Part shown: one piece after another, positions 30,713 through 40,115 of the stretch | Layout of the letters: every line of letters begins with the position of its first letter | Numbering within the stretch: the stretch's first letter is position 1 | IMG/VR virus record: IMGVR_UViG_3300032167_000103 | Location: 1-64,000 of that record | DNA from: an uncultured virus (IMG/VR IMGVR_UViG_3300032167_000103) | Lineage: Duplodnaviria > Heunggongvirae > Uroviricota > Caudoviricetes | Reading direction: 5' to 3' (one strand) | DNA length: 64,000 bases | Made by a program: the position numbers and the translations under genes | The notes under the pieces: generated by a model | Seen by the model: only the letters and a program-made list of their open reading frames with translations | Databases searched by the model: none | Told to the model about the DNA's origin: nothing

Positions 30713-33019
30713 ATGCAACATTTTAAGTTAGAAAAAGATTGTGTATTGTACAAAACACAATTTGAAAAGTATATGCTTGATATATTTGGAGACCACCGTC
30801 TGGATAGATATTCTTTAGATTTAGATGGAATTTTATTTAGAATTAAATATATGACTAAGCATAAAAGAGATCTTGATAAGATTCCAGAATTACAAGAGAA
30901 ATTTACTAATATTGCAATCCAGTTAAGAAAATGCTTTGGTGAATTTCTCTTTAACTTCTTAGCTCAGATTATAACAATTCCTGAACCATTTAAACTTGAC
31001 AATATTGTTGATATTCTTGCTCATGATGTGAAGATGGATCCGAATTATGTAAAGTTTAAAATGATATTAATTTCAGATAGTAAAGAATATATTGAATATG
31101 TAGATTCAGCTTTTCCAGATAATGAAGTATTTAATATGTTTCCAAACGAATACTTTAGATTTTATACTGATTCATACAATGATGGAATTGCTAAAGCATA
31201 TCCAGAACTATTTGAAAATAAACATCAGGACAAGATTGGTGTTGGAGCTGATGGAGATGTATTCTGCCACAACTTTACTTTTCAGACAGGAGAACGTTGT
31301 TCACTGAACTGTACGTATTGTGTTCCAGATGGTACCAAAGTTACATTACCAGATTATTCAATGAAAAATATTGAAGATATCCAAGTAGGTGATAAAGTAT
31401 TGGCAGTAGATGAACATCATCCTGTTGGTAAAGAACATACATTACGAGAATCTGAAGTTACACATGTTTTCAAAAGGGAAACAAATGGTTATTTTAAGAT
31501 ATCTCATAGAGCTTTAAAAGAACCTATTTGTATTACTGGTGAGCATCCTGTAAAAACAGAGAGACGTGGATGGATACCTGTAAATATGTTAAGATCAACG
31601 GATAAAATTTTGATATCTTCAATAGATCCATATGATTTTTATTCTACGAATTTTAAAAATCCATCATTTATAATGAATAAAATCTCAAATTCATATCATT
31701 ACTATAAAACGCAATACATTGGTGGATTTAAACTTGAAAATATTAAAGAAAAATGTACAGTGTATAATTTGGAAACAACTGAACATACTTACGCTATTGG
31801 AAGATTATTAGTTCATAATTGTTATCAGTTTAATAAATCAGAAATGAGAATGAGTTTTGAAACTGCAAAGAAGTTTATTGATAATTTATTGACTGATCAA
31901 TATGGATATATTAATCAATATAATTCTCCTGCCATCATTATGGAGTTTATTGGTGGCGAACCTTTGCTTGAAATTAATCTTACAAGAAAGATTTATGAAT
32001 ATTTTCTTGATAGATGTTACGAATTAAATCATCCTTGGTTTACTCTTCATAGACTTTCAATATGTTCTAATGGTATGCAATATTTCGATAAAGAAGTTCA
32101 AGATTTTTTTAAAGAATATTCTTCACAAATTTCATTCAATATTTCCATTGATGGAAATAAAGAATTACATGATGCTTGTAGAGTTCAACCAAATGGAGAA
32201 GGAAGTTATGATATTGATATATGTGCACTGAATCATTATAATAAACATTTTACACCAGAGAGAAATTCTAAGATGACTTTGGCTCCATCTAATATTTCAT
32301 ATCTATTTGATTCAGTCGTAAACTTTATTAACAACGGAATGACAGTTATTAATATTAACTGCATTTTCGAAGAGGGTTGGAACCAAGAGACTGCACGAAT
32401 TGAATATTATCAGTTAAAGAAATTAGCTGAGTATATATTAGAGAATGATTTAGATCATCTTTATATAGCCATATTTAATGAACGTCAAGAAGACGTGATG
32501 CCTAAAGAACAGGATGGATCATTTTGTGGAGGTGCCGGTTCCATGCTTGCTATGAGACCTAATGGACAGTTTTATCCATGTATTCGTTACATGCCATCTT
32601 CTGTTGGTAATAATGTAAAAGATCTTTGTATTGGAACTGTCGATACAGGTATTCATGGACGAGAAGAAGGATCTGATATCATTAGAATGTTAGATAGAAT
32701 TACACGACGTGCACAAAACAATGACATCTGTTATGAATGTCCAATTTCAAATGATTGTGCTTCTTGTTTAGCATTAGGACATACAGTATTTGGTACTCCT
32801 AATAAGAGAACAAACTTCATCTGTATCCAAATGATTGCTGAGGCGTTAGCTAATGTATTTTACTGGAATGCATTATTAATCAAACATCCAGAATATAATC
32901 TCGATGTAAGAAAAAATAATGTTCCAGATAAATGGGCTCTCTTAGTAATAGATGAAGAAGAACTTGATTATTTGAAAAAACTTGAAGCATATGCAATGAT
33001 CATAAAGATGGAAAGATAA
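30713..33019 (+). CDS. radical SAM/SPASM peptide maturase (CXXX-repeat target type), intein-containing
   Basis: After intein removal reads CSLNCTYCYQ; EFIGGEPLL, SNG, ISIDG; SPASM region CGGAG...YPCIRY...CYECPISNDCASC...C; about 190-aa N-terminal extension. Confidence 0.88.
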   Translation: MQHFKLEKDCVLYKTQFEKYMLDIFGDHRLDRYSLDLDGILFRIKYMTKHKRDLDKIPELQEKFTNIAIQLRKCFGEFLFNFLAQIITIPEPFKLDNIVDILAHDVKMDPNYVKFKMILISDSKEYIEYVDSAFPDNEVFNMFPNEYFRFYTDSYNDGIAKAYPELFENKHQDKIGVGADGDVFCHNFTFQTGERCSLNCTYCVPDGTKVTLPDYSMKNIEDIQVGDKVLAVDEHHPVGKEHTLRESEVTHVFKRETNGYFKISHRALKEPICITGEHPVKTERRGWIPVNMLRSTDKILISSIDPYDFYSTNFKNPSFIMNKISNSYHYYKTQYIGGFKLENIKEKCTVYNLETTEHTYAIGRLLVHNCYQFNKSEMRMSFETAKKFIDNLLTDQYGYINQYNSPAIIMEFIGGEPLLEINLTRKIYEYFLDRCYELNHPWFTLHRLSICSNGMQYFDKEVQDFFKEYSSQISFNISIDGNKELHDACRVQPNGEGSYDIDICALNHYNKHFTPERNSKMTLAPSNISYLFDSVVNFINNGMTVININCIFEEGWNQETARIEYYQLKKLAEYILENDLDHLYIAIFNERQEDVMPKEQDGSFCGGAGSMLAMRPNGQFYPCIRYMPSSVGNNVKDLCIGTVDTGIHGREEGSDIIRMLDRITRRAQNNDICYECPISNDCASCLALGHTVFGTPNKRTNFICIQMIAEALANVFYWNALLIKHPEYNLDVRKNNVPDKWALLVIDEEELDYLKKLEAYAMIIKMER
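31319..31819 (+). mobile_element. 167-aa mini-intein inside the CxxxCxxC motif
   Basis: Starts CVPDGTKV...IEDIQVGDKV; block B ITGEHP; ends VYNLET...LLVHN followed by Cys+1; no endonuclease domain. Confidence 0.92.
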
Positions 33020-33025
33020 AATGAT

Positions 33026-33055
33026 ACACAGGAGAGGGATTTCCCTCTCCTGTGT
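33026..33055. terminator. bidirectional hairpin
   Basis: ACACAGGAGAGGGA/TCCCTCTCCTGTGT between convergent genes. Confidence 0.7.
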
Positions 33056-33076
33056 TTATACACTAACTTATGATAA

Positions 33077-33604
33077 TTAAGCAGTTGTATCAGGTTCAGT
33101 TGTTTCTGTACCATCTTCTGCAGGTTCTTCAGATTCATTAGAATCTTCTGCACCTGCATCGGTACCAGCGTCTTCATCTTCTGCATCCTTAGTATAAGTT
33201 ACAGTAACTTCAACGCCTTCAGCTACCATATCACCAGTCAATAAAGTCTGATCAGCAGTATAACCTACGAAACTAGGAGGTGCATACGTGTATTCACCGC
33301 CAACATTGAACATTCTTTCTACAGGATCAGGAACTGTTAGATCTTCAGGACCTTCGAATGTTACTTTAAGAGCTGCACGAGCTGCAACTACATCGATGTC
33401 ATTACCAGGACCTTCTTTTTCTTCAGATGCTTCAGCTTCAGGATCTTCCATTTTAGCTACAAGCTCAGGAACAATCTGTTTGAATTCCTCACGAGTGATC
33501 TGAATTCCAGGTACACTGTTGAAAAGATAATGCAAAGCATTAAACAATTCATTTGCTGCACCGGCAGTATCACCAGCAGCAATACATTCATTAATTTTAG
33601 CCAT
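33077..33604 (-). CDS. acidic protein with MucBP-like domain
   Basis: GGEYTYAPPSFVGYTADQ...GDM...VEVTVTYTKD; start MAKINE after AAAGGAG. Confidence 0.55.
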   Translation of the reverse strand: MAKINECIAAGDTAGAANELFNALHYLFNSVPGIQITREEFKQIVPELVAKMEDPEAEASEEKEGPGNDIDVVAARAALKVTFEGPEDLTVPDPVERMFNVGGEYTYAPPSFVGYTADQTLLTGDMVAEGVEVTVTYTKDAEDEDAGTDAGAEDSNESEEPAEDGTETTEPDTTA

Positions 33605-33733
33605 ATTAAAGACTCCTTTCATGATTTACTTTTGTTTTATCCAGTTTATTTCCCAGGATTAATTATCTGTAATTAGAAAATTATGAATGAAAACGACTAT
33701 TTAATTATTGATTTCTATCGTGGAGGTGTTAAT

Positions 33734-35983
33734 ATGAATAAAGATCTTTATTCAAATCAAGAATTCACTGAATTAAAACACCGATTAAATCAGGAAATAC
33801 AGAGAAGAAGTACATTTTCTTGGTGGGATCCGCTAACAACACCATCTGTTGGAGAAGATAAATCATCTCCAATGTCATTACCTGATATCGGTCAACGAGT
33901 TTCAGTTGATGATAAAACATATACAATCAATAATCCTTCTGAGGGATCTATTGAAAGGACTAAAAATATTCATTATCAAAATCATGGAGATAGTCCATCA
34001 GGTGATGATAGTGAATTTATTTCAACAGTTCCAAATACATCTGCAGCTAAAATGGATGCAGATGAAATGAGAAACTTTTTGGTTGGTTTATCTAAAATAA
34101 AAGATATCAATCTTTTTTATGGTAGAGATGAAATCCCAGGTCTTGCTTATAGAGATCCATCTGGAATAGAAGAAGTACTAACAAGTGCTGAAAAAGATAA
34201 ATTACATGAATATATTGTAGGTGAATATTCAAAGAATGATCCTAATAATGGAGCTAACGATCATTTAGACGGAAATTATCCTAGTAATATTCACGAAGTT
34301 CATTACGATATTGAAAATGGAATTGCTGTAATGAAATCCGGAGAATATGATGGAGAAGAATTAAACACCCATGATGGTTTAGGTCCTAATAATTTCTTTG
34401 ATGATTATGGGGCAGAACCAGGAGATGGTGATTTTCATCCTTATAACAGAGGATATACTCCACAAAGTAGACGAGATTGGAAAATACATAATAATCAACG
34501 TAAAACAGAAAAGGTTTATGTTACTGAAGGAGGAATACCAACTTCTTCTTTTGGACCAAATCCTAGAAATCCAGTCCAAGGTAAAGAATATAAATCTCGT
34601 CCAGTATTTAAAGGATCTCCAAGTACTTGTCAGGTTGCTTGTACTGGTCTATGTAGCGTTACTTGTGATGATCAATGTTCAGAATCTTGTTCTTCAACAT
34701 GTTGGAGTCGATGTGGTAATGCTTGTACTTCTTCATGTGGTAATGCTTGCACAGGTTGTAGTACTTTATGTTATACATCTTGCAAAACTAAATGTGAAAA
34801 CATTTCTGGATATGCTTGTGTAACTGCTGGAGCAAAAGCTATTAAAATAACAACATCTGGTGGCACTAATGGTGTACCTGCAAAAAATGAAATCCAAGCA
34901 GAAACATATTCATGTCAAGGATGTTCATATAGTTGTCAATTTTATCCTAATAAAAAGACAACTTGTTGGGATGCTGGATGTATGGGTAATTGTTTTATCT
35001 CTTGTAACACAGCATGTTCAACTGCCTGTACTGGTGGTTGTATTAATAATACAGCTGAAGAAGGTACTTCATATAAAACTGGTAAAGGCAGAGGATGTTC
35101 TTCTGGATGTACATTAAACTGTATTGGAAATTGTTCTGGGACATGTGAAGGACAATGTGTGACAACTTGTTGGCATGCATGTAAAGAAACATGTACTGAC
35201 AATTGTACATTCGAATGTTCTACAAATTGTGGAAGTGGTTGTGCTAGTGGATGTAAAGATGGTTGTACAGGATGTACAGGAACTTGTGAATCTTATTGTG
35301 AAGGACAAACCGATTCAATAGGATGTACAGGTTGTAGCACAAAAGGCGGTTGTACATCTACTTGTCAGCATGGCTGTAATAAAAATTGTGTTGGTATAGG
35401 ATGTAGATCAATTTGTGGTATTGAAGCTGCTGGAGCTTGTGAAGCTAATTGTAGAATCAATTGTATGAGTTCTAGTTGTTCAGCTATGTGTTCTAATCAA
35501 TGTTCAGATCAATGTACAACATGTGTCAATACCTGTGGATTTGGATGTGGGTATTGTTCTTCCGTATGTTCTTCTGGTTGTGATGCTGCTTGTGAAATCA
35601 CGTGTAGTGAGAAGTGTGAACATTCTTGTGAAAATAATTGTGTTCAGTCTTGTAGTGAAGAATGTGGCGGATGTTCTTCATTATGCTTCTCATGTGTTGG
35701 AATGTGTATTGGAGTTTGTAGTGTACATTGTGAAAATGGATGTACCAGTTGTTCAGTAATGTGCGGATGGTGGTGTGATTCTTCATGTAATCAACAATGC
35801 TTTGCAAATTGTGACACTTTCTGTATATCTGATTGCTCTGGTTCTTGTATAACATTCTTAATGAGTAAAGCTAATACTACCATTGGACCTGAAAATAACC
35901 CTACAGCTGAAGGATATAAGTGTCCTCATCCTTCTAATAGAGAAGAGGAACGTGAATCATTTATTATTAGGAAGGATGAATAA
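33734..35983 (+). CDS. giant Cys-rich CxxxC-repeat protein, putative radical SAM substrate
   Basis: About 750 aa: ~300-aa Cys-free N-terminal region, then about 89 Cys (manual count) mostly every fourth residue; ATG at 33734 after GGAGGTG. Confidence 0.85.
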   Translation: MNKDLYSNQEFTELKHRLNQEIQRRSTFSWWDPLTTPSVGEDKSSPMSLPDIGQRVSVDDKTYTINNPSEGSIERTKNIHYQNHGDSPSGDDSEFISTVPNTSAAKMDADEMRNFLVGLSKIKDINLFYGRDEIPGLAYRDPSGIEEVLTSAEKDKLHEYIVGEYSKNDPNNGANDHLDGNYPSNIHEVHYDIENGIAVMKSGEYDGEELNTHDGLGPNNFFDDYGAEPGDGDFHPYNRGYTPQSRRDWKIHNNQRKTEKVYVTEGGIPTSSFGPNPRNPVQGKEYKSRPVFKGSPSTCQVACTGLCSVTCDDQCSESCSSTCWSRCGNACTSSCGNACTGCSTLCYTSCKTKCENISGYACVTAGAKAIKITTSGGTNGVPAKNEIQAETYSCQGCSYSCQFYPNKKTTCWDAGCMGNCFISCNTACSTACTGGCINNTAEEGTSYKTGKGRGCSSGCTLNCIGNCSGTCEGQCVTTCWHACKETCTDNCTFECSTNCGSGCASGCKDGCTGCTGTCESYCEGQTDSIGCTGCSTKGGCTSTCQHGCNKNCVGIGCRSICGIEAAGACEANCRINCMSSSCSAMCSNQCSDQCTTCVNTCGFGCGYCSSVCSSGCDAACEITCSEKCEHSCENNCVQSCSEECGGCSSLCFSCVGMCIGVCSVHCENGCTSCSVMCGWWCDSSCNQQCFANCDTFCISDCSGSCITFLMSKANTTIGPENNPTAEGYKCPHPSNREEERESFIIRKDE
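34628..35848 (+). repeat. Cys-Xaa3 periodic coding repeat
   Basis: TGT/TGC recurring with a 12-nt (sometimes 9-nt) period, in blocks separated by short linkers. Confidence 0.9.
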
Positions 35984-35985
35984 AT

Positions 35986-36252
35986 ATGGGAAGAATAAGT
36001 GAAGTAAAATATATACAAGTTGATCCAATTGATTATGATGTACATGAAGCTGCTCAACACTATTTTCATTCTAATGTAATTCCGATTCATGAAATGTTTT
36101 ATGTTGGATATGAAGAATATGAATTAAAACAAAATTCTATTCGTAATAACATCACTAGAGATAATAGGGACGATAGTCTAAAATTGAATACGTCTACATT
36201 TGGGATATCGATAAAAAATAATCAAGTCATTCTGGTAATCGATAAAGCATAA
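35986..36252 (+). CDS. hypothetical protein directly downstream of the Cys-rich gene
   Basis: 88-aa ORF starting 2 nt after the upstream stop. Confidence 0.6.
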   Translation: MGRISEVKYIQVDPIDYDVHEAAQHYFHSNVIPIHEMFYVGYEEYELKQNSIRNNITRDNRDDSLKLNTSTFGISIKNNQVILVIDKA

Positions 36253-36255
36253 CAT

Positions 36256-36287
36256 TTAAGAGAGGAGCTATATAGCTCCTCTCTTAA
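36256..36287. terminator. bidirectional palindromic hairpin
   Basis: TTAAGAGAGGAGCTATATAGCTCCTCTCTTAA. Confidence 0.7.
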
Positions 36288-36293
36288 TCATCT

Positions 36294-36593
36294 TTACATC
36301 ATTTCATATACTTGAATTGAATTTCCGGAAACTTCATATCCATCATAATTCCAGACATATTGAGAAAATCTAAAATGTTCAGGAACAAACTCATTTGTGA
36401 TTCTGTATTTGATAGCTTCAATTTTAGAAGTAATCGGAATAAGAGATTCTTCAAGCTTCTCAAATTTATTAGGATCATCTGCTACCTGTGTTAATACTCT
36501 CGTACGGATTGTTTCCTTTGTTAGTAATTCAGATAATTCTCTAGCAAGTTCATCAGGAATTGTAAAATTTCCTCGTAATACTTGATTGATCAT
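36294..36593 (-). CDS. possible CXXX-repeat modification system accessory protein
   Basis: 99 aa; two long helices (ELSELLTKE...KFEKLEESL) then WNYD...IQVY; resembles the TIGR04116-type partner from memory. Confidence 0.45.
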   Translation of the reverse strand: MINQVLRGNFTIPDELARELSELLTKETIRTRVLTQVADDPNKFEKLEESLIPITSKIEAIKYRITNEFVPEHFRFSQYVWNYDGYEVSGNSIQVYEMM

Positions 36594-36614
36594 GTTAATA
36601 ACCTCCTCTGATTA

Positions 36615-37601
36615 TCATATTAACTTCAGTAGTTCCCCTCTGAAACTTTTAATATTCTTAGTTTCTTTTACAACATCTGAAGCAGAAATATTGATAATAT
36701 TGTTACCAGCTAGAAGAGTAATACACATGAAAATCAAGTATTCAATGTTATCAACTGCAAGTGTAGAAGGAATATAATAATAATTGATCCAATCATTTAG
36801 TAAAGTTCCTAAGTGTGCAGATCTCATACGAGGAGAAGCTGTTTTAAGTAAATCAATTAATTCACTGACCTTGTGAGGATTTGCATTATCATATTCATGA
36901 ACAATTTCATTAGCTCTCATTTCATCAAGATATTTAATATGAGCTTTTGAAATTGTATTAATATTTTCTGCAGTATCATTAGATTCAAAGATATTCTCTA
37001 AGAAAAATCTATTAATCCAATATTGAATAGTATCGAATGTGATCTTATCTGCAGCTACAGAAAATTGTCTGTTAATAATTCTCGTAAAGAACTTTGTGTA
37101 AATTTCCATCAGAATTTTCTGTAGATATTGATTTCTTGCAAGATTAGCATAATTATTCTTTAATCCATTTGCAATCAATGCACCAGTTAAAAGATCTCTC
37201 AATACAGGTGCTTGCATTGATAATACACCATCTCTGGAAACCTGAATGTACTTATCAACAAACACGTATGTTACAAATCCTCGTTTTGTTTTAAGTGTAA
37301 TGAATGGAATTGCTTGTGTTAATGATAATGATTGAACGTTATTGTAGATTAAAACTACTCTTTCTTCATCAAATGCTTTCATTGCAGCTCTTGTTAGAGA
37401 ATCACTAATCTGCTTGACAGCAATATATGCTGCTTCAATATCCTCATTTGTGAGGTGTTTAGCAGTTTTAATTAGATCAATAGCTTTGTCTAATGTAGTT
37501 CTACTTTTATCCATGTGATTTATTCCACTGGATCCACTTCCATCTCCATTAAATACTTCAGAGTGTACTAATGAAGATTCCATATAACCTGTAATAGCCA
37601 T
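36615..37601 (-). CDS. hypothetical protein
   Basis: About 330-aa ORF, AAAGGAG RBS. Confidence 0.75.
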   Translation of the reverse strand: MAITGYMESSLVHSEVFNGDGSGSSGINHMDKSRTTLDKAIDLIKTAKHLTNEDIEAAYIAVKQISDSLTRAAMKAFDEERVVLIYNNVQSLSLTQAIPFITLKTKRGFVTYVFVDKYIQVSRDGVLSMQAPVLRDLLTGALIANGLKNNYANLARNQYLQKILMEIYTKFFTRIINRQFSVAADKITFDTIQYWINRFFLENIFESNDTAENINTISKAHIKYLDEMRANEIVHEYDNANPHKVSELIDLLKTASPRMRSAHLGTLLNDWINYYYIPSTLAVDNIEYLIFMCITLLAGNNIINISASDVVKETKNIKSFRGELLKLI

Positions 37602-37644
37602 AAAGTTAAACACTCCTTTCTATAATTAAGTTTCTGTCTTGACT

Positions 37645-37887
37645 TTATACGATTGCATTTGTAACCTTTTGAACAATCTCAGGTAGTTCATCATTTACTT
37701 CTGTTAGTTTATAAATTATGAGCACTTCTCTATTATCATCTCTATATTGTGGATGAATGAGAGAATTAAATTTTATATCTACAATTTCTACATTGTATCT
37801 AGAATCTTCTTGTATTTTTAATAAGAATTCATTAATTCTACTTTCTAATACTTCATATTTACATTGTATAAATTTTACTTTTAACAT
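37645..37887 (-). CDS. Cse60-like small protein
   Basis: MLKVKFI...LESRINEFL...IVDIKF...VLIIY pattern. Confidence 0.5.
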   Translation of the reverse strand: MLKVKFIQCKYEVLESRINEFLLKIQEDSRYNVEIVDIKFNSLIHPQYRDDNREVLIIYKLTEVNDELPEIVQKVTNAIV

Positions 37888-37889
37888 TT

Positions 37890-38789
37890 TTATTTCACCT
37901 CAATTTTATCTAATCTTTGTGGAAGTAATGAGAAACGCATTACATCTATCAATGAGTATAATTCTAATTCATGTATTACATCATATAGCTCATCTGGAAA
38001 TGGTTCTGTACGATATAACATATCGACAGAAAGATCTAAAAGTTTATAGTCAGTTACAATGGTTACCAGTTTTCTAGTAAATTCTATGTCTTTTTCTCCG
38101 GCTATTAATCTTTCTCGAATTTTCATTTTAATCTCAGTAAGTCTTCTATAAATAGATTCTAAAGATCCAAATTTATTCATTAATTCTAATGCAGTTCTTT
38201 CTCCAATTCCATGAATGCCAATAATATTATCAGAACGATCCCCTTGTAAAATCTTTAATTCAATCCATTGTTCTGGAGTGAGATTATATTTTTCTCTCAT
38301 AAAATCTTTATCAACGAAATCACTATTTCTAGGTGACTGAATAAAAGTATGATCTGTTACAAGTTGATACATATCTTTATCTGAAGAAATAATTATAACA
38401 TCCATATCATTGTCTTCACCTAAACGTGAAATCATACCCAATACATCATCAGCTTCATAAAGTTCATTATTCAAAGTTTGAAATCCTAATAGAGCAATTA
38501 ATTGAGATATGTATCTCATTTGATCTATAATATCTTGATCATGTTTTTTACGTTGTGCTTTGTATCCTGGATACATCTTCCTTCTAAATGTACGTTTTCT
38601 ACTAATATCATTAGCGAATACAATAAAGTCTGGCTCAAAAGTTTCTTTTAACATTTTTAATTTAAAGAAAAACCCTTTAATTGCATTAACATTGATACCC
38701 TTAGAGTTGACTAAGTGTTGTCCATAATAACTAGCAAATGCCACGTTATTAAAGTCAATTGCTAGTATTAATTTTCTTTTTTCTTCCAT
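37890..38789 (-). CDS. 5'-3' exonuclease / flap endonuclease (PolA N-terminal-like)
   Basis: AIDFNN, FRRKMYPGYKAQR, YEADDV, SSDKDMYQL, LQGDRSDNIIGIHGIGERTA. Confidence 0.95.
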   Translation of the reverse strand: MEEKRKLILAIDFNNVAFASYYGQHLVNSKGINVNAIKGFFFKLKMLKETFEPDFIVFANDISRKRTFRRKMYPGYKAQRKKHDQDIIDQMRYISQLIALLGFQTLNNELYEADDVLGMISRLGEDNDMDVIIISSDKDMYQLVTDHTFIQSPRNSDFVDKDFMREKYNLTPEQWIELKILQGDRSDNIIGIHGIGERTALELMNKFGSLESIYRRLTEIKMKIRERLIAGEKDIEFTRKLVTIVTDYKLLDLSVDMLYRTEPFPDELYDVIHELELYSLIDVMRFSLLPQRLDKIEVK

Positions 38790-38866
38790 ATTATTTTATC
38801 CTTTCTATAAGTAAGTAAATAATAGTAATTTAGAAACGAGTTTATATTTCGTCCATAATTAATGCG

Positions 38867-38876
38867 ATAATATATA
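38867..38876 (-). promoter_or_regulatory. putative phage promoter TATATATTAT
   Basis: Recurrent motif upstream of the exonuclease. Confidence 0.55.
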
Positions 38877-38881
38877 AACAA

Positions 38882-38913
38882 GATTAGGAGGAGTCAATTG
38901 ACTCCTCCTAATC
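38882..38913. terminator. perfect palindrome
   Basis: GATTAGGAGGAGTCAATTGACTCCTCCTAATC. Confidence 0.7.
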
Positions 38914-38915
38914 AA

Positions 38916-39677
38916 TTACTTATAAACTTCTATTTTGAAAGGTAGATGCTTTCCATTTACAGTTATTGATTCGATGGTGTGTTCTAATAATCCGTATGAA
39001 CCTACCATATTATGATTAGGATCGGACATATTACGAGCAATACCTATTGCAGCTACTGGATAAAAATCTGAATCTCTACGATATGATGGTAATAAAATCA
39101 TTGAAGAAAATTTTGATACATTACGTTCACTGTTTATCTCATATTGAGGTAAATTATCATTTTTCTTAAACATTCTATTCCATCCAGTTACATATGGACC
39201 ATATGATTCATAAACGGTATATCCTGAAATATTTATTGCAATATTATCAAACTCACAACTCATTGGATTATCATTAATATCTGAAATAGAAATAGAAGAT
39301 CCATCCGAAAGTATTGCATATAATCTTCCTATGAAAAGAAAATTACCTTCCACCTCATATTTATCTTTAGAATATTCAAATAATAAAGTTTTTGTGTTAA
39401 GATTTTCTTCTTTATCATAATGAATTTGTAAAATATTTTCAAGATCTTCATTAAATTCTAATTCAGGATACATTGGATGATGAATTTGTTTGTTCAGTAA
39501 ATAAACCATACGAAAACTCATAATATCTTCAGCTTTAAAAGTCTTCTTTGGAGTATCTCTTCGCCATATACCATTTATGTTCATCCATTGTTCTGTATCT
39601 CTCCATATACCATTAATACATGTCTGTGGATTATCTACTTCTCTCCATATGTTATTTATATTGACAGGAACTGACAT
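38916..39677 (-). CDS. tail-associated hypothetical protein
   Basis: Three N-terminal INxIWR repeats; downstream of the tail fibre gene. Confidence 0.6.
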   Translation of the reverse strand: MSVPVNINNIWREVDNPQTCINGIWRDTEQWMNINGIWRRDTPKKTFKAEDIMSFRMVYLLNKQIHHPMYPELEFNEDLENILQIHYDKEENLNTKTLLFEYSKDKYEVEGNFLFIGRLYAILSDGSSISISDINDNPMSCEFDNIAINISGYTVYESYGPYVTGWNRMFKKNDNLPQYEINSERNVSKFSSMILLPSYRRDSDFYPVAAIGIARNMSDPNHNMVGSYGLLEHTIESITVNGKHLPFKIEVYK

Positions 39678-39692
39678 TTTTAGATACCTCCT

Positions 39693-40097
39693 TTAATTTG
39701 AAATATTAGGAGGTATCCAGTTACCATTTAAATATAATTGATACTCTTCATATGTCAATTGAGCAATATTTATCACATGAATATTTTCAAACTCATCCTG
39801 TGAAATAAATCCTGGCATTTTATCAACTTTTCTAGTTTCAGTTCTACTAGATATAAAAATATTATATCCTTCTGCAATTAGTGTTTTTACATTGGATTCA
39901 TTTTCATAATTCATATATGAATAAAGATGATTAGTTTTGCCAGGATTATTAAATATAGATGTAAGTTCTTTGAGATCCATATAGGAAGGATCTATTTCAA
40001 TGGATAATGTGTCTCTTGTAATTCCATTGATTATTCGAGGACCTCCAAGAATGCGAATTACTTCAAGTTGAGTTGAATCATTTAATTCTAAAATCAT
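39693..40097 (-). CDS. hypothetical protein, possible tail fibre chaperone
   Basis: 134-aa ORF directly after the fibre gene; AAGGAGG RBS. Confidence 0.6.
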   Translation of the reverse strand: MILELNDSTQLEVIRILGGPRIINGITRDTLSIEIDPSYMDLKELTSIFNNPGKTNHLYSYMNYENESNVKTLIAEGYNIFISSRTETRKVDKMPGFISQDEFENIHVINIAQLTYEEYQLYLNGNWIPPNISN

Positions 40098-40115
40098 TTT
40101 AAACCCCTCCTTCCT

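Noticed and set aside
34628..35848. CRISPR array or DNA tandem repeat
   Set aside because: Periodicity is only Cys codons within an ORF; there are no identical repeats with spacers
33734..35983. Polyferredoxin or eukaryotic Cys-rich contaminant
   Set aside because: Lacks the CxxCxxCxxxCP ferredoxin signature; has a Shine-Dalgarno site and the same codon style as its neighbours
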